Origin: an uncultured delta proteobacterium
GTDB lineage: Bacteria > Desulfobacterota > Binatia > UBA9968
Length of the DNA: 64,000 nucleotides
NCBI GenBank assembly: GCA_963745035.1
Contig: CAVUVW010000002.1
Span: forward strand, 96,001-160,000
Direction: 5' to 3'
The first letter of the stretch is position 1, and every line of letters begins with the position of its first letter. The notes under the pieces were generated by a model. The model was given only the letters and a program-made list of their open reading frames with translations, did no database searches and was not told where the DNA came from. The translations under genes were made by a program, and so were the position numbers. Positions 20,266 through 29,305 of the stretch are shown here, one piece after another.

Positions 20266-21378
20266 CTAGCGCAACGGCTGGAAATTGAGGACTTGCGACA
20301 AGACGTTATCGAACAGGGAATAATTGCCGTTGGCCAAACGACCATATCGATGGCGGCTGTTGTGACCATCTTCGTAACCGCGTCGAAACCCCTCGCGGAA
20401 GTAGTGGTTGTAGTCGGTCCGGTTTACATAATAGCCGCTGTACCCGAAGTTGGCGTCCCTATAAGCGTAAGAGTCTTTGTAATTGGCGCGCCAATGGTCG
20501 TCCCGGTCCGCCTTGCCGGCGCGGAAGCCTTCCTGATACCCGTGGTTCGCCGCCCACCGCAGCATTTTCGCGCCGTGTTCGTTGGTCTCGTAGTAGCGCC
20601 CGCCGCGATTGTAGCGATAGATCGAAGGCGTATAGAAATAGGGGTCGCGATCGTAGTCGAATCGATGGTCCCGGAGATGGATGTGCTGCTGACGCAGGCG
20701 CTCCAGATACTGTTCCTGAAAACGAAACTGCGCCGTGCGATTTTGTCGCTGGAGCAGCGCGCCATGCTGTTGCGCGAGACGCTCCTGCTGCTCCAGATGA
20801 TGAACGTACTGCGCCACGCGTTGCTGCTGTTGACTGATACGCTGTTGCTGCTCCCGCTGTGACAGCCGCTGTTCTTGTCTTTGATCTTGCTTACGTTCTT
20901 GCTGTGCGCGGTGTTGCTGTTGCTTGTGGTCCTGCTCTGCGTGCCGCTGCACGCGCTCTTGTTGCTGGGTCTGTTGTTTTACTTGTTGCTCCTGCTGTCT
21001 TTGGTCCTGTTTCTCTTGTTGCTGAACGTGCTTTTGCTGTTGTTTCAGGTCCTGCTCTGCGTGCCGCTGCACGCGCTCTTGCTGCTGGGTCTGTTGTTTT
21101 TGCTGTTGCTGGTGCTCTTTTTGTTCCTGCTTCTGTTCTTGCTGAACGCGTTGTTGCTGTTGCTTCTGATCCTGCTCGGCATGCCGCTGCACGCGTTCCT
21201 GCTGCTGCGTCTGTTGTTTTAGTTGCTGTTGCTGTCTTTGATCTTGCTTCTGTTCTTGCTGAGCGCGCTTTTGCTCTTTTTGCTCTTCCTGCGCGTCGGT
21301 CGGTAGGCTCATTCCCGCCACCGACAGAGTGCTGATGGCGACCCCCATCGCTATCCGGTTTAAAATATTAACTTTCAT
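20266..21378 (-). CDS. Secreted Gln-rich repeat protein with Tyr/Gly/Arg-rich C-terminal domain
   Basis: Signal peptide; QQTQQQERVQRHAEQD x3 at exact 120-nt spacing (20941, 21061, 21181); GYQEGFRAG and EGFRRGYEDG motifs. Confidence 0.85.
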   Translation of the reverse strand: MKVNILNRIAMGVAISTLSVAGMSLPTDAQEEQKEQKRAQQEQKQDQRQQQQLKQQTQQQERVQRHAEQDQKQQQQRVQQEQKQEQKEHQQQQKQQTQQQERVQRHAEQDLKQQQKHVQQQEKQDQRQQEQQVKQQTQQQERVQRHAEQDHKQQQHRAQQERKQDQRQEQRLSQREQQQRISQQQQRVAQYVHHLEQQERLAQQHGALLQRQNRTAQFRFQEQYLERLRQQHIHLRDHRFDYDRDPYFYTPSIYRYNRGGRYYETNEHGAKMLRWAANHGYQEGFRAGKADRDDHWRANYKDSYAYRDANFGYSGYYVNRTDYNHYFREGFRRGYEDGHNSRHRYGRLANGNYSLFDNVLSQVLNFQPLR

Positions 21379-21415
21379 TTGAAGTTCCTCTCTGGCACTG
21401 GGGCGCGCTGCGCGA

Positions 21416-21491
21416 CTACCTCAGTCCGAGGTAGCAGGCGATAACAATCACTAGCCACCACAACACCAACGATGTAGAAAATATTGCTCAT
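21416..21491 (-). CDS. Tiny membrane peptide MSNIFYIVGVVV.VIVIACYLGLR (1-nt insertion), paralogue of 27228..27293
   Basis: AGGAGG Shine-Dalgarno; manual translation. Confidence 0.65.
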
Positions 21492-21610
21492 GGCAGTTCC
21501 TCCTTTCTGGCCCGTGATCGATACCCTTGGCCAGCCGCCCATGACTGGGGAAAGAACGGCTGATGCCTCGCTTTTTTCTTACCGTCCGATGAGGCTAGAT
21601 GCGGTGATAC

Positions 21611-21651
21611 TTTCGGATCGGTTTCGGATCGGCTTTCGGATCGGCTTTCGG
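21611..21651. repeat. Tandem repeat TTTCGGATCGG(C) x~3.5
   Basis: Read directly from the sequence. Confidence 0.8.
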
Positions 21652-21807
21652 CACCTTTGGTGGCACGTGACCACAGATTGTGCAATAAAACTCCGGAACA
21701 ATATATTTTTCGCAGCGTGGACAAATCATAGTGTTAATTCGTTTCGTTTACATAGGCGTTGACCAAAAGCGCGAAATCAGTAAACATAAGTGCCTAGAAT
21801 TTTGTCG

Positions 21808-21942
21808 ATGAAAAAAGTCAGGATCTTCTGTACGCGTTGTCAAACTTTCTTCGTTATCCGTCTCTCCTCATTGAAAGAATTGGTTAAGTGCCCAAAATGC
21901 AAAAAGTCTGACATGTTGGAGTTTCCGGAGCGTCAAGAATGA
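21808..21942 (+). CDS. Small zinc-ribbon protein (44 aa)
   Basis: MKKVRIFCTRCQTFF...VKCPKCKKSDMLEFPERQE; two CxxC pairs; weak Shine-Dalgarno. Confidence 0.6.
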   Translation: MKKVRIFCTRCQTFFVIRLSSLKELVKCPKCKKSDMLEFPERQE

Positions 21943-22150
21943 ACCACTCGTCCAAATCATAAATTCGGGTTCCGTCACTCATTACACCCCTACTTTTCTC
22001 ATCAATGATCCGGAGATGGTCTTTTTTATCGCAGCGACAATTTCATCCTCTGACGGCGGGTGCTGGGACTCGACAAATACGAGCGAGGTAACGGTTTGAC
22101 CTCGGCTGTATGGATCGCGCCCACTGTGAAATGTCACGGGATAAACCATG

Positions 22151-22747
22151 CTATTCCCGTTTCACATGAGTGAGGGAAGAGGCCATTTGCCCTACGCTTG
22201 GATGAAATAGACCACCCGGTTTCCATGGAGTACCGATCATTGGCAGTAGCCACCGATCAAGCCCGATCCAACCTGCGTTGCGCCATGCCAGAACTAGCCA
22301 AGTTGCGATGGCGAAAAGGAGCCCGTTAGTTGATGCGGAGCCCGCCATGATGAAGCTCCAATTCATAAGCCCGCCGCCGAACGCCGCTAGACCGGTAAAT
22401 GCACCGAGAATCAAACACAAAGCCACCGCAAGCTCGCCAAAGACAATCACCTTGGAGAACCAAGTATGTGCTTCTGAATTGACGAGAAACTCAATGAACG
22501 ATCGATACCAATCGACCGCGATGACAGGCTTGGGTGTCATCTTGAGACCCCTAGTCCAGTAATCCAATAAAGCCTCGCCGGTTCCCATCCACCTCGGATC
22601 AACGAACTTATGCCAGCCAGCGGTTAACCACTCCCAACCAAGATAGAGCCGAAGTGGAAGCCAGAACCATCCGAACCGGCTATCTCCGAACAGTAGGCGC
22701 GCAAGTCGTGGCTCTTGGATGACCTTTTCCTCATTGCTTGTTGGCAT
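22151..22747 (-). CDS. DoxX/DoxD (TQO small subunit-like) membrane protein
   Basis: LRLYLG.EWL.AG..K, GEL..., AGS.STN and AG.IGLD motifs. Confidence 0.88.
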   Translation of the reverse strand: MPTSNEEKVIQEPRLARLLFGDSRFGWFWLPLRLYLGWEWLTAGWHKFVDPRWMGTGEALLDYWTRGLKMTPKPVIAVDWYRSFIEFLVNSEAHTWFSKVIVFGELAVALCLILGAFTGLAAFGGGLMNWSFIMAGSASTNGLLFAIATWLVLAWRNAGWIGLDRWLLPMIGTPWKPGGLFHPSVGQMASSLTHVKRE

Positions 22748-22785
22748 TTGCCTCTGGCCCTTTTCTATCTTTTGCCCAGTTGGGG

Positions 22786-23037
22786 TTATGTAGCACTAGA
22801 CGACATCACACATGGTGGAATTAAAGCCGAGTTCTCTTCTTCCGCGCTCTCCCAATGACATCGTTCGCCGATCTGCTCGGTGGCCATACGCTTCCTTCGC
22901 TCGAAGTCCGACGCGTCATGCGTCGCTTGTGTCGCGAGTACGGCCATGGCACGGGTGTCGCCAATCCAATACGTGCCGCATCCGTTTGTTCGGACGCCTT
23001 GTCCTCTGCACATTAACTTAAACGACGCGGTATTCAT
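22786..23037 (-). CDS. Hypothetical protein
   Basis: ATG ORF downstream of the promoter at operator site 6. Confidence 0.4.
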   Translation of the reverse strand: MNTASFKLMCRGQGVRTNGCGTYWIGDTRAMAVLATQATHDASDFERRKRMATEQIGERCHWESAEEENSALIPPCVMSSSAT

Positions 23038-23190
23038 CTTTGTCTCTCTTCGCGCCTGAGTAAGGCAACATAATACGAATTAGCAAATTCCAGATCGCCG
23101 ATAGCCCTGATCTACCTTTTAGCTTTGGATTGATGCTTTCACCCTTAACGCTGATGATAGCCAACCCTAAGCCGATTAAAAAACGGCGAT

Positions 23191-23206
23191 TGTCTAATAC
23201 TGAACC
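23191..23206. promoter_or_regulatory. Crp-like palindromic operator, site 6
   Basis: TGTCTAATACTGAACC; minus-strand -10 TATCAT at 23154-23159, gap 31 nt; flank nearly identical to site 1. Confidence 0.8.
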
Positions 23207-23249
23207 AATCTAGAAGCTTTGTTTTGAATCGGAGGATATAAGACGGGCA

Positions 23250-23928
23250 CTAGGCAATCTGCGCTAGGTAATCGGTGAGCTTGTGTTCCTTGATGATGAG
23301 AAAATGATCGCTGTTGGTTTCGATCAATCCCAGGTTGCGAAATCTTTGCATGAAGAAGCTGATCCGAGGCCGCGTCGTGCCCACCATCTCGGAGAATTCT
23401 TCATGCGAAATCTTCAGCTCGATGCGAATGCTGCGCGGGTCCTTCTTGCCCATGGTGCGGGCCAACTGCAACAACGTCTGGCCCAGCCTCTGCTCGCTAT
23501 CCACCGTCACTAGATTGGCGATGACCTGCTGTTGGTCGGCAACGCGCACCGCCAGGTAGCGCACGAACCCTTCGAATAGCGAGTCACGGCTAAGACGTGC
23601 AAAAAACTGCGAGCAGGGAATTCGCTTTAACTTCGTTTCAGTCATCGCCGTCGCGCTTTCGTGACGCGCCAACCCGGCTAGGCACAGCTCGCCGAAAATA
23701 TCGCCGCCGCCATGGATGGCCAGCAGGCATTCTTTGCCTTCGGGCGAGAGCAGGAGCAGTTTGATCTGCCCGGTCTCGATGAAATAGACCAGTCTCGTCC
23801 TGGTCGCCGCAGTTGTAAACACTCGCGTGCCGCGGGATCGTCACGGCGCGAGAGTTCAACGTCTCGTGCCGCAACGAATCGCGCATTTGCTGTTTGAACC
23901 GTTCCGCTTCGGGAGTCTGCTGGATCAT
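23250..23928 (-). CDS. Crp/Fnr family transcriptional regulator, copy 1 (1-nt insertion near 23793)
   Basis: ORFs 23638..23928 and 23250..23822 together align with the intact paralogue 45815..46495; HTH SEMVGTTRPRISFFM. Confidence 0.9.
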
Positions 23929-23991
23929 AGTTCACTTCTCTGACTAGCGCTGGGCCCAATCCCCGGGCGCTCTTTCGAGGCGGTCCCCCTC

Positions 23992-24043
23992 AGGCTTACC
24001 TGATAATTTCAAGTAACCTCGAGAGTAAAACCCTGTGCCTTTA
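23992..24043. repeat. ~52-nt non-coding inverted-repeat element, copy 2, upstream of Crp copy 1
   Basis: Similarity to 1323..1374. Confidence 0.6.
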
Positions 24044-24049
24044 ATTGAT

Positions 24050-24199
24050 TTAAAGCCGGCCGCTGAGCATCATAGCGACGACAATCAGCAGCACCACGCC
24101 CGCTATGCCCGACGGTGCAAAACCAAACTTGTGATAACCCCAGTTCGGCAGAGTTCCTACCAGAAACAGAACTAATAGGATCAACAGTATCAGGCTCAT
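24050..24199 (-). CDS. DUF3309-like small membrane protein (49 aa)
   Basis: MSLILLILLVLFLVGTLPNWGYHKFGFAPSGIAGVVLLIVVAMMLSGRL; AGGA Shine-Dalgarno. Confidence 0.85.
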   Translation of the reverse strand: MSLILLILLVLFLVGTLPNWGYHKFGFAPSGIAGVVLLIVVAMMLSGRL

Positions 24200-24433
24200 G
24201 TTAGCTTCCTTCTTTCAGTTCTCTCTTTTTTAACAGACATTAAGCGCACGTTATGTGCCAGTTCCAGCGCTTGGTAAGAAACTGAATTTCGCTAGAGATT
24301 CTTATCGAGCAGAAAGAGACCAAGGGACGGTTCGGCGAAAGAGTCGCAACGATCGACCATATGGTCGAGTTGCAGGGAATGAGTTGTGCGTTGGAACAAT
24401 GCCGACCGGCGTAGCCATAATTATTTTCGGGAA

Positions 24434-24449
24434 TGTTCAATATTGGACA
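24434..24449. promoter_or_regulatory. Crp-like palindromic operator, site 7 (oriented for the plus-strand gene)
   Basis: TGTTCAATATTGGACA; plus-strand weak -10 CAGCAT at 24471-24476, gap 21 nt. Confidence 0.75.
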
Positions 24450-24534
24450 GCAATGGTCGCTGCACCAGAGCAGCATGAGGCTTAAAAGAGGACAACCTGC
24501 GTGGTTCCAAACTTGTATTTAAGGGAGGTGTCTT

Positions 24535-24882
24535 ATGGATTGGGATAAAATCAAGCTGGGTTCGTGGAGTGCACTCGGCGGGGCGGTAGTATTGGCCCTC
24601 GTCGGATTCAACTACGGCGGATGGGTTACAGGCGGGACGGCAGCGGCAATGGCTAAGGAAACCGCCGCCGATAGCGTCGCCGAGCGCTTGGGATCGATCT
24701 GCGTCGCGCAGTTCCACCGGGACTCGGAGAAGGACCAGAAGCTCAAAGAAATGAAGGGCAAAGATACTTGGGACGTGGGCCGCTATATTGAAAAGCAGAG
24801 TTGGGCGATCATGCCGGGTGAAGATAAATCCGATAGTAAAGTCGCCGATTCGTGCGCCAAGCAGCTCGCAGCGAAGGCGTAA
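24535..24882 (+). CDS. Membrane-anchored conserved hypothetical protein (GF..GGWVT.GTA, two Cys)
   Basis: GGAGG Shine-Dalgarno; N-terminal TM helix. Confidence 0.85.
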   Translation: MDWDKIKLGSWSALGGAVVLALVGFNYGGWVTGGTAAAMAKETAADSVAERLGSICVAQFHRDSEKDQKLKEMKGKDTWDVGRYIEKQSWAIMPGEDKSDSKVADSCAKQLAAKA

Positions 24883-24958
24883 TCAGCCGCGGCAACGATC
24901 GCCGGTCAACAATGCATTTTTTTCGCTGACCCTATCAATCAAATAAGGAGTAATAATC

Positions 24959-25081
24959 ATGAGCAAAGGCAAGGACAGTAAAAAACAAGAGAAGAAGAAA
25001 CCCCTGAAGACCTTGATGGAAAAAAGAGCCGCGAAAAGGGCTAAGAAAGAGAACAAATCCTTTTCGCTCGTCGTCAAATGA
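24959..25081 (+). CDS. Small Lys-rich basic protein (40 aa)
   Basis: MSKGKDSKKQEKKKPLKTLMEKRAAKRAKKENKSFSLVVK; AAGGAG Shine-Dalgarno. Confidence 0.8.
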   Translation: MSKGKDSKKQEKKKPLKTLMEKRAAKRAKKENKSFSLVVK

Positions 25082-25255
25082 TTCGGTCGACGCAAGAGTC
25101 CGTAGAACTTAGATCGGTGCCCTCTCGCTCGATGGTAAACGCCGATATCTTCTAAAGGGTCATGCAGCTCAAAATAAAGAGCGGCTGAACAAAAGACGCG
25201 CTGCTCGCAACTGTTCCTCGGCATTGCCGGTGTGGCGCAGGAACGCGCATTTCCG

Positions 25256-25489
25256 CTAAGACGACTTGCTAGATCCGACCCCGACCAGCACAGCGCCGCC
25301 CATAAGCACCAACCCGATCAACAGCGGTGACATCGGAATGATCTTCCTGCTATTGACGCTGGTGTAAAGGGAGCCAACATCGATAACCTTCTCGCCGCTT
25401 CTGTAGGGAATGCCGCGATAAGCAAAAGCCACGATCCCAAGAACGATAAGAGCGGCTCCCGCAAGTGTTATTATCGAATTCATTCGCAT
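25256..25489 (-). CDS. DUF3185-like two-TM small membrane protein
   Basis: G..LIVLGI...Y.G..Y...EKVID.G...IP.SP pattern. Confidence 0.75.
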   Translation of the reverse strand: MRMNSIITLAGAALIVLGIVAFAYRGIPYRSGEKVIDVGSLYTSVNSRKIIPMSPLLIGLVLMGGAVLVGVGSSKSS

Positions 25490-25670
25490 GATATTGATTC
25501 CTTCGTTTCTTTGAGCCGATATGCTTCGAGTCCACTTGATACGGGCGCATGCGAGTTGACGATTACTGCAGAGTAAAACCGCAAGGAAACAAAAAATATG
25601 CTTCACAGATCCGTTGTCATCAATTTTCTCCTGTTCGGTTGGACTGAGCTAGGAGCGGTTAAGTCGGGCA

Positions 25671-25817
25671 CTATAATTTCTTCTTCACGGCGTCAGCCGC
25701 GTCCTGAGTCTTTTCGCCCGCCCGCTCAACATCTCGGCCAAAACCCTGGACCGTATTACAAGCCACGTTCGTGCCTAACAGGAGCAACATGAGTGTTGCG
25801 CAAATCATCGCGCGCAT
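25671..25817 (-). CDS. Entericidin A/B family lipoprotein
   Basis: Lipobox followed by ACNTVQGFGRDV. Confidence 0.88.
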   Translation of the reverse strand: MRAMICATLMLLLLGTNVACNTVQGFGRDVERAGEKTQDAADAVKKKL

Positions 25818-26227
25818 AAATGTGTTATCTCCATTCTTGGTCTTAATGATCGCACACCAATGATGAGGAGCACTATCTGTGCCGGACCTTGCGAGGAGAG
25901 AAACGCTGTGTTTCCGATAGCTTCGTGAGGCTGTTGGAGAGAAGCGAAGAAACGGCTCGTTAGACGAGTCGATACTTTCGACCAAAGAGTCGAATCAAGT
26001 CAGGGTGAAGGGCGAGTAGAACAGGCTCGCGCGAACATGTCCTGAGCAAATGTCGAAAGGGACGCAAGCTCGTCAAGGTGACGGGTTGAGACCCGTCATC
26101 CTGAGGATCTAAGAAAGATTCTCCCTTCAGTCGAAATGACAATGCGCACTCTCGGCTCGGCCAAGCGATCGGAACTGATGCGTCCCTTGGCGGAGTTTTC
26201 GCTCGTTCTGGCTTTTTAGCGCTCCGT

Positions 26228-27214
26228 TCAACTACGCGGCGTTGGCGTTTCCCCGGGGGTGGCTTTCGATCCGTATCGGGTCGCGTAGACTTGGGTCAGT
26301 TCGGCGCCGAAGAAAAACATGAGAGATGAATAGTAGACCCATAATAAAAGAGTAACGAGGGAACCGGCCGCGCCATAGACCGACGTGACCATGCTGTGGC
26401 CGAGATAAAACCCGATAAGAAATTTTCCGACCGAAAATAGCAGTGCAGCCGCGGCCGCGCCGATCCAGACATCTTTCCATGCGATTCGAACGTCGGGCAC
26501 GAATTTATAGATGAGGGCGAAAAGCAGTGTGATAAACGCAAACGAGATAGTGAGGTCCAAGATGTACCCCGTGGCAGCGTGGATCGGCAAAAAGCCGTTT
26601 ACTATTCCCGAAACCGCGGTTAAAAGCGCGCTGACAACCAGTGAGACGATTAATAAAAATCCCACCCCCAGTACCATGGAATACGAGATCAGGCGATCCT
26701 GCACGAACCCCATCAGGCCGCGACCGGTTTTGGACGCCACCCGCCAGATGGCATTGAGGGAGTCTTGCAGTTGTCCGATCACGGCTGCGGCCCCGAGCAA
26801 CAAGAGAATCATGCCGGCGGCAGTGGCAAAGAATCCTGCGTCCGGCCTTTGACCGGCGCTTTCGATCATCGCCAGGAGGGCGCGCGCGCTGTGAAATCCG
26901 ACGATGTCCTGAATTGCGCCGATGATCTGAACTTGGGAAGCTTCTCGCCCGAATACCGAGCCGGCCACGGCGATGGCGATCAGCAACAGCGGCGCTATTG
27001 AAAACAGCGTGTAGTAAGCCAGAGCCGCGCCCATTTGAAACGGGTTATCAGCGAACCACTGAAAAAACGCATCCCGCGTAAGCAGCCCGAACCCCTTCAG
27101 GGTCATGGCTTTCCCGGCCGAGCGAACGTCACCGGCCGAGCCTCCCGCGGAATGATCTATTTGACCATCCGCCGTTGCCGCGCCGGCCAGAGTGGGCGGG
27201 TCATTCCTAGACAC
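26228..27214 (-). CDS. YihY/virulence factor BrkB family membrane protein
   Basis: GAALAYYTLFS.APL, YGAAGSL..LLLWVYYS and FFGAE motifs. Confidence 0.93.
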   Translation of the reverse strand: MSRNDPPTLAGAATADGQIDHSAGGSAGDVRSAGKAMTLKGFGLLTRDAFFQWFADNPFQMGAALAYYTLFSIAPLLLIAIAVAGSVFGREASQVQIIGAIQDIVGFHSARALLAMIESAGQRPDAGFFATAAGMILLLLGAAAVIGQLQDSLNAIWRVASKTGRGLMGFVQDRLISYSMVLGVGFLLIVSLVVSALLTAVSGIVNGFLPIHAATGYILDLTISFAFITLLFALIYKFVPDVRIAWKDVWIGAAAAALLFSVGKFLIGFYLGHSMVTSVYGAAGSLVTLLLWVYYSSLMFFFGAELTQVYATRYGSKATPGETPTPRS

Positions 27215-27227
27215 AGAGGCGCCCTCG

Positions 27228-27293
27228 CTATCTCAGTCCGAAATAGCCGGCAATGAAAAGCACAACCACAATGACACCGATGATGTAAAACAT
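27228..27293 (-). CDS. Tiny membrane peptide MFYIIGVIVVVLFIAGYFGLR (21 aa)
   Basis: AAGGA Shine-Dalgarno; paralogue at 21416..21491. Confidence 0.7.
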   Translation of the reverse strand: MFYIIGVIVVVLFIAGYFGLR

Positions 27294-27576
27294 ATTATTC
27301 TTCCTTCTTTCGTGAATGGATCAACGTCGAACCGGATGCTGCACGACGGCCTCTGCCGGGTCCGGAATCACGTCTATGCGTTCAAAGCTTTTTTATAATT
27401 CCAAGCGCAGCATTCATCTTCGCTACCTGTAGGCAACGATCGATTGGGGCTGCTCGACCAGGTACGGCCTTCGTCCAGCCTGTACAGCTTAACGCGGCGG
27501 CCTTGGATTTCAGTTTCGTATTTCCGAGTCTTTCAACTCAGCTTGTTCGACGTGTTTTCTCCGCAATCGAACCGCG

Positions 27577-27657
27577 TTATCGGCGCCAACGAGAGTATCC
27601 CCAACCGCCGCCACCGAGCAAAACCAACACGAGAATAACGATCAATAAAGTATCCAT
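27577..27657 (-). CDS. Tiny membrane peptide MDTLLIVILVLVLLGGGGWGYSRWRR (26 aa)
   Basis: AAGGAG Shine-Dalgarno; hydrophobic helix plus GGGG-aromatic-RR tail. Confidence 0.75.
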   Translation of the reverse strand: MDTLLIVILVLVLLGGGGWGYSRWRR

Positions 27658-27802
27658 AAATTTCTCCTTTTGCTGTCTGTCATTGTTGATAGAGCAGCAT
27701 TATCCGGGCCAGGTCCCGTCCCGGAGGGAATGGCTGTGTTTCCAATGGCTTGTCGCAGACTGTCAGAGGAAAAAGAGGAGCGGCTCGTTAAGAGCGTCGA
27801 GA

Positions 27803-27955
27803 CTATCGACCGAAAGGTCGAATGACAATGCCGTAGAGCCATTTGCGGTTCCATCTCGCCTTCGCGGTAATAAACCGACGATCAACCATGAGGCCGAGTG
27901 AAAAAGCACCCGTCTGCAGCAGAATCATCACGACGATCAAAATGGTTGCGAGCAT
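27803..27955 (-). pseudogene. Degenerate DUF3309-like small protein
   Basis: MLATILIVVMILL..GA start with GGAGG Shine-Dalgarno; the rest diverges. Confidence 0.4.
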
Positions 27956-27990
27956 ATCGCTCCTCCGTAAAGGACTATCGAAACTGATGC

Positions 27991-28005
27991 GCAAGCCTTA
28001 TGCCG
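27991..28005 (-). promoter_or_regulatory. Putative sigma54 (-24/-12) promoter
   Basis: CGGCATAAGGCTTGC (GG-N10-GC) about 35 nt upstream of ATG 27955. Confidence 0.6.
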
Positions 28006-28199
28006 CAACTCTTCTTTGGAAAGGCTGAACGTTTTGATAGATTTTCTTGGCGGGTCAGGATGCGCAACCGGAGAAGGCTCGTCGAAAGCGTCGAGACTTT
28101 CGACTAAACGGTCGTGTTAGGCACGGCACGATGAAACGGCTGAATGAGGATACCGGGGAACACCGCCGGTCAACGATTTCTCTTTTGAGCGATTCGTCT

Positions 28200-28772
28200 T
28201 CAGAATCCATCGTGATGATGCGGATGCAGCCGGTCTTTCTTGTGTAACGACTTACGCTGACTCCGAGCCAATTTCTCTCTAAAACTGAACCGCTTTGAAA
28301 TAACCTGTGAGACTGACACATGCACTCGGCGATCCGCGCTACTAACCAGTATAGATTTCGGACTGGGATTCGAGACCTTGGAGTGGCCATTGGCCGGTTG
28401 TTTTCGGGGACCGTGTTCCTGCCAGTATTTGAGTCCCCGCCGGATATACTGCGGGCGTAAATCGAGCGCGTCGCAAACAGAGAGAAAGGAGAAAAGCCAC
28501 CGGGAGTCATCGCTAAACAACCACTCCTCGGCTTCCTCGCCCAATCGCCTGGCGCGCCGTGTGGCGGTAGAGACAAACTGTTCCTGAAAGGACTCCACGG
28601 CATCTCGAAGGATAGCGCACATTAACGCTGCTTCCGGCTGCCGCGCGGCGTGGCTGGCACGACCGTATAGCGCTTCCTCCGGAAGGAGACCGTCGCCTAA
28701 CCGCGCCCTATGGTCAGCGGGTACGACCCGCGTCGATGCATTTTGGTATGACTGTATCGGTGTAGCATCCAT
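28200..28772 (-). CDS. Hypothetical protein, paralogue of 4309..4728
   Basis: GAGGAGG before ATG 28772; shared core motif. Confidence 0.8.
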   Translation of the reverse strand: MDATPIQSYQNASTRVVPADHRARLGDGLLPEEALYGRASHAARQPEAALMCAILRDAVESFQEQFVSTATRRARRLGEEAEEWLFSDDSRWLFSFLSVCDALDLRPQYIRRGLKYWQEHGPRKQPANGHSKVSNPSPKSILVSSADRRVHVSVSQVISKRFSFREKLARSQRKSLHKKDRLHPHHHDGF

Positions 28773-28920
28773 ATTGCCCTCCTCGCTCCTAAAGACAAAT
28801 ATTTTCTTTTCCAGATTCCAGCTCGCGAGCCGCTCCATTCCCGGTCTGCCTATCCAACGTTCGCACAGCGGGTTCTTCCGCTCTTCTGCAACTAAAGTAT
28901 TCTGAATCGAAATGGAGTTC

Positions 28921-28936
28921 TGTCTAGAATTGGACC
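28921..28936. promoter_or_regulatory. Crp-like palindromic operator, site 8
   Basis: TGTCTAGAATTGGACC; minus-strand -10 TACTTT at 28894-28899, gap 21 nt. Confidence 0.7.
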
Positions 28937-29305
28937 GATGAAAGCTCACGCGTAAAAGTGTTTCGCTGATGTCGAGGAAAATATGTGGGCCGAGCGGTAG
29001 CGCGCTTTCTAGCTCGGCCTCGAAGGAGCCGTCTCAACCCCAAGACGCGAAGCGATCCTCGGCTTGAGGCGGGTCACTTCAGTGCATAAAAAGAAACACG
29101 CTATTTACAATTTTGCCCTATTCAGACAGCAGACGCTTGGACTTTCGCCGAAGCTTCCGTCCGCTGAAATAACAAACCTTACTTCTTTTGGACCTGCAGA
29201 TTATTCACCACTTTTATGTACAGCCGGGGGGAATGGGTATCCGAGAAGCACTCGGAGTAGTACCCATCATTCCCCGGCCTTGTCTGTTGCTCGCGATTGC
29301 CCTCG

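Noticed and set aside
20859-21335. Long Leu/Val-rich plus-strand ORFs
   Set aside because: These are antisense shadows of the CAG/CAA-rich Gln-repeat gene.
21611-21651. Tandem repeats here and at 55881, 60394 and 61594 as CRISPR arrays
   Set aside because: Units are 7-12 nt with no unique spacers, and no cas genes are present.
14564-22866. Identical 16-mer CCCAATGACATCGTTC at 14564 and 22851
   Set aside because: One 16-mer match is roughly expected by chance in 64 kb, and the flanks do not align.
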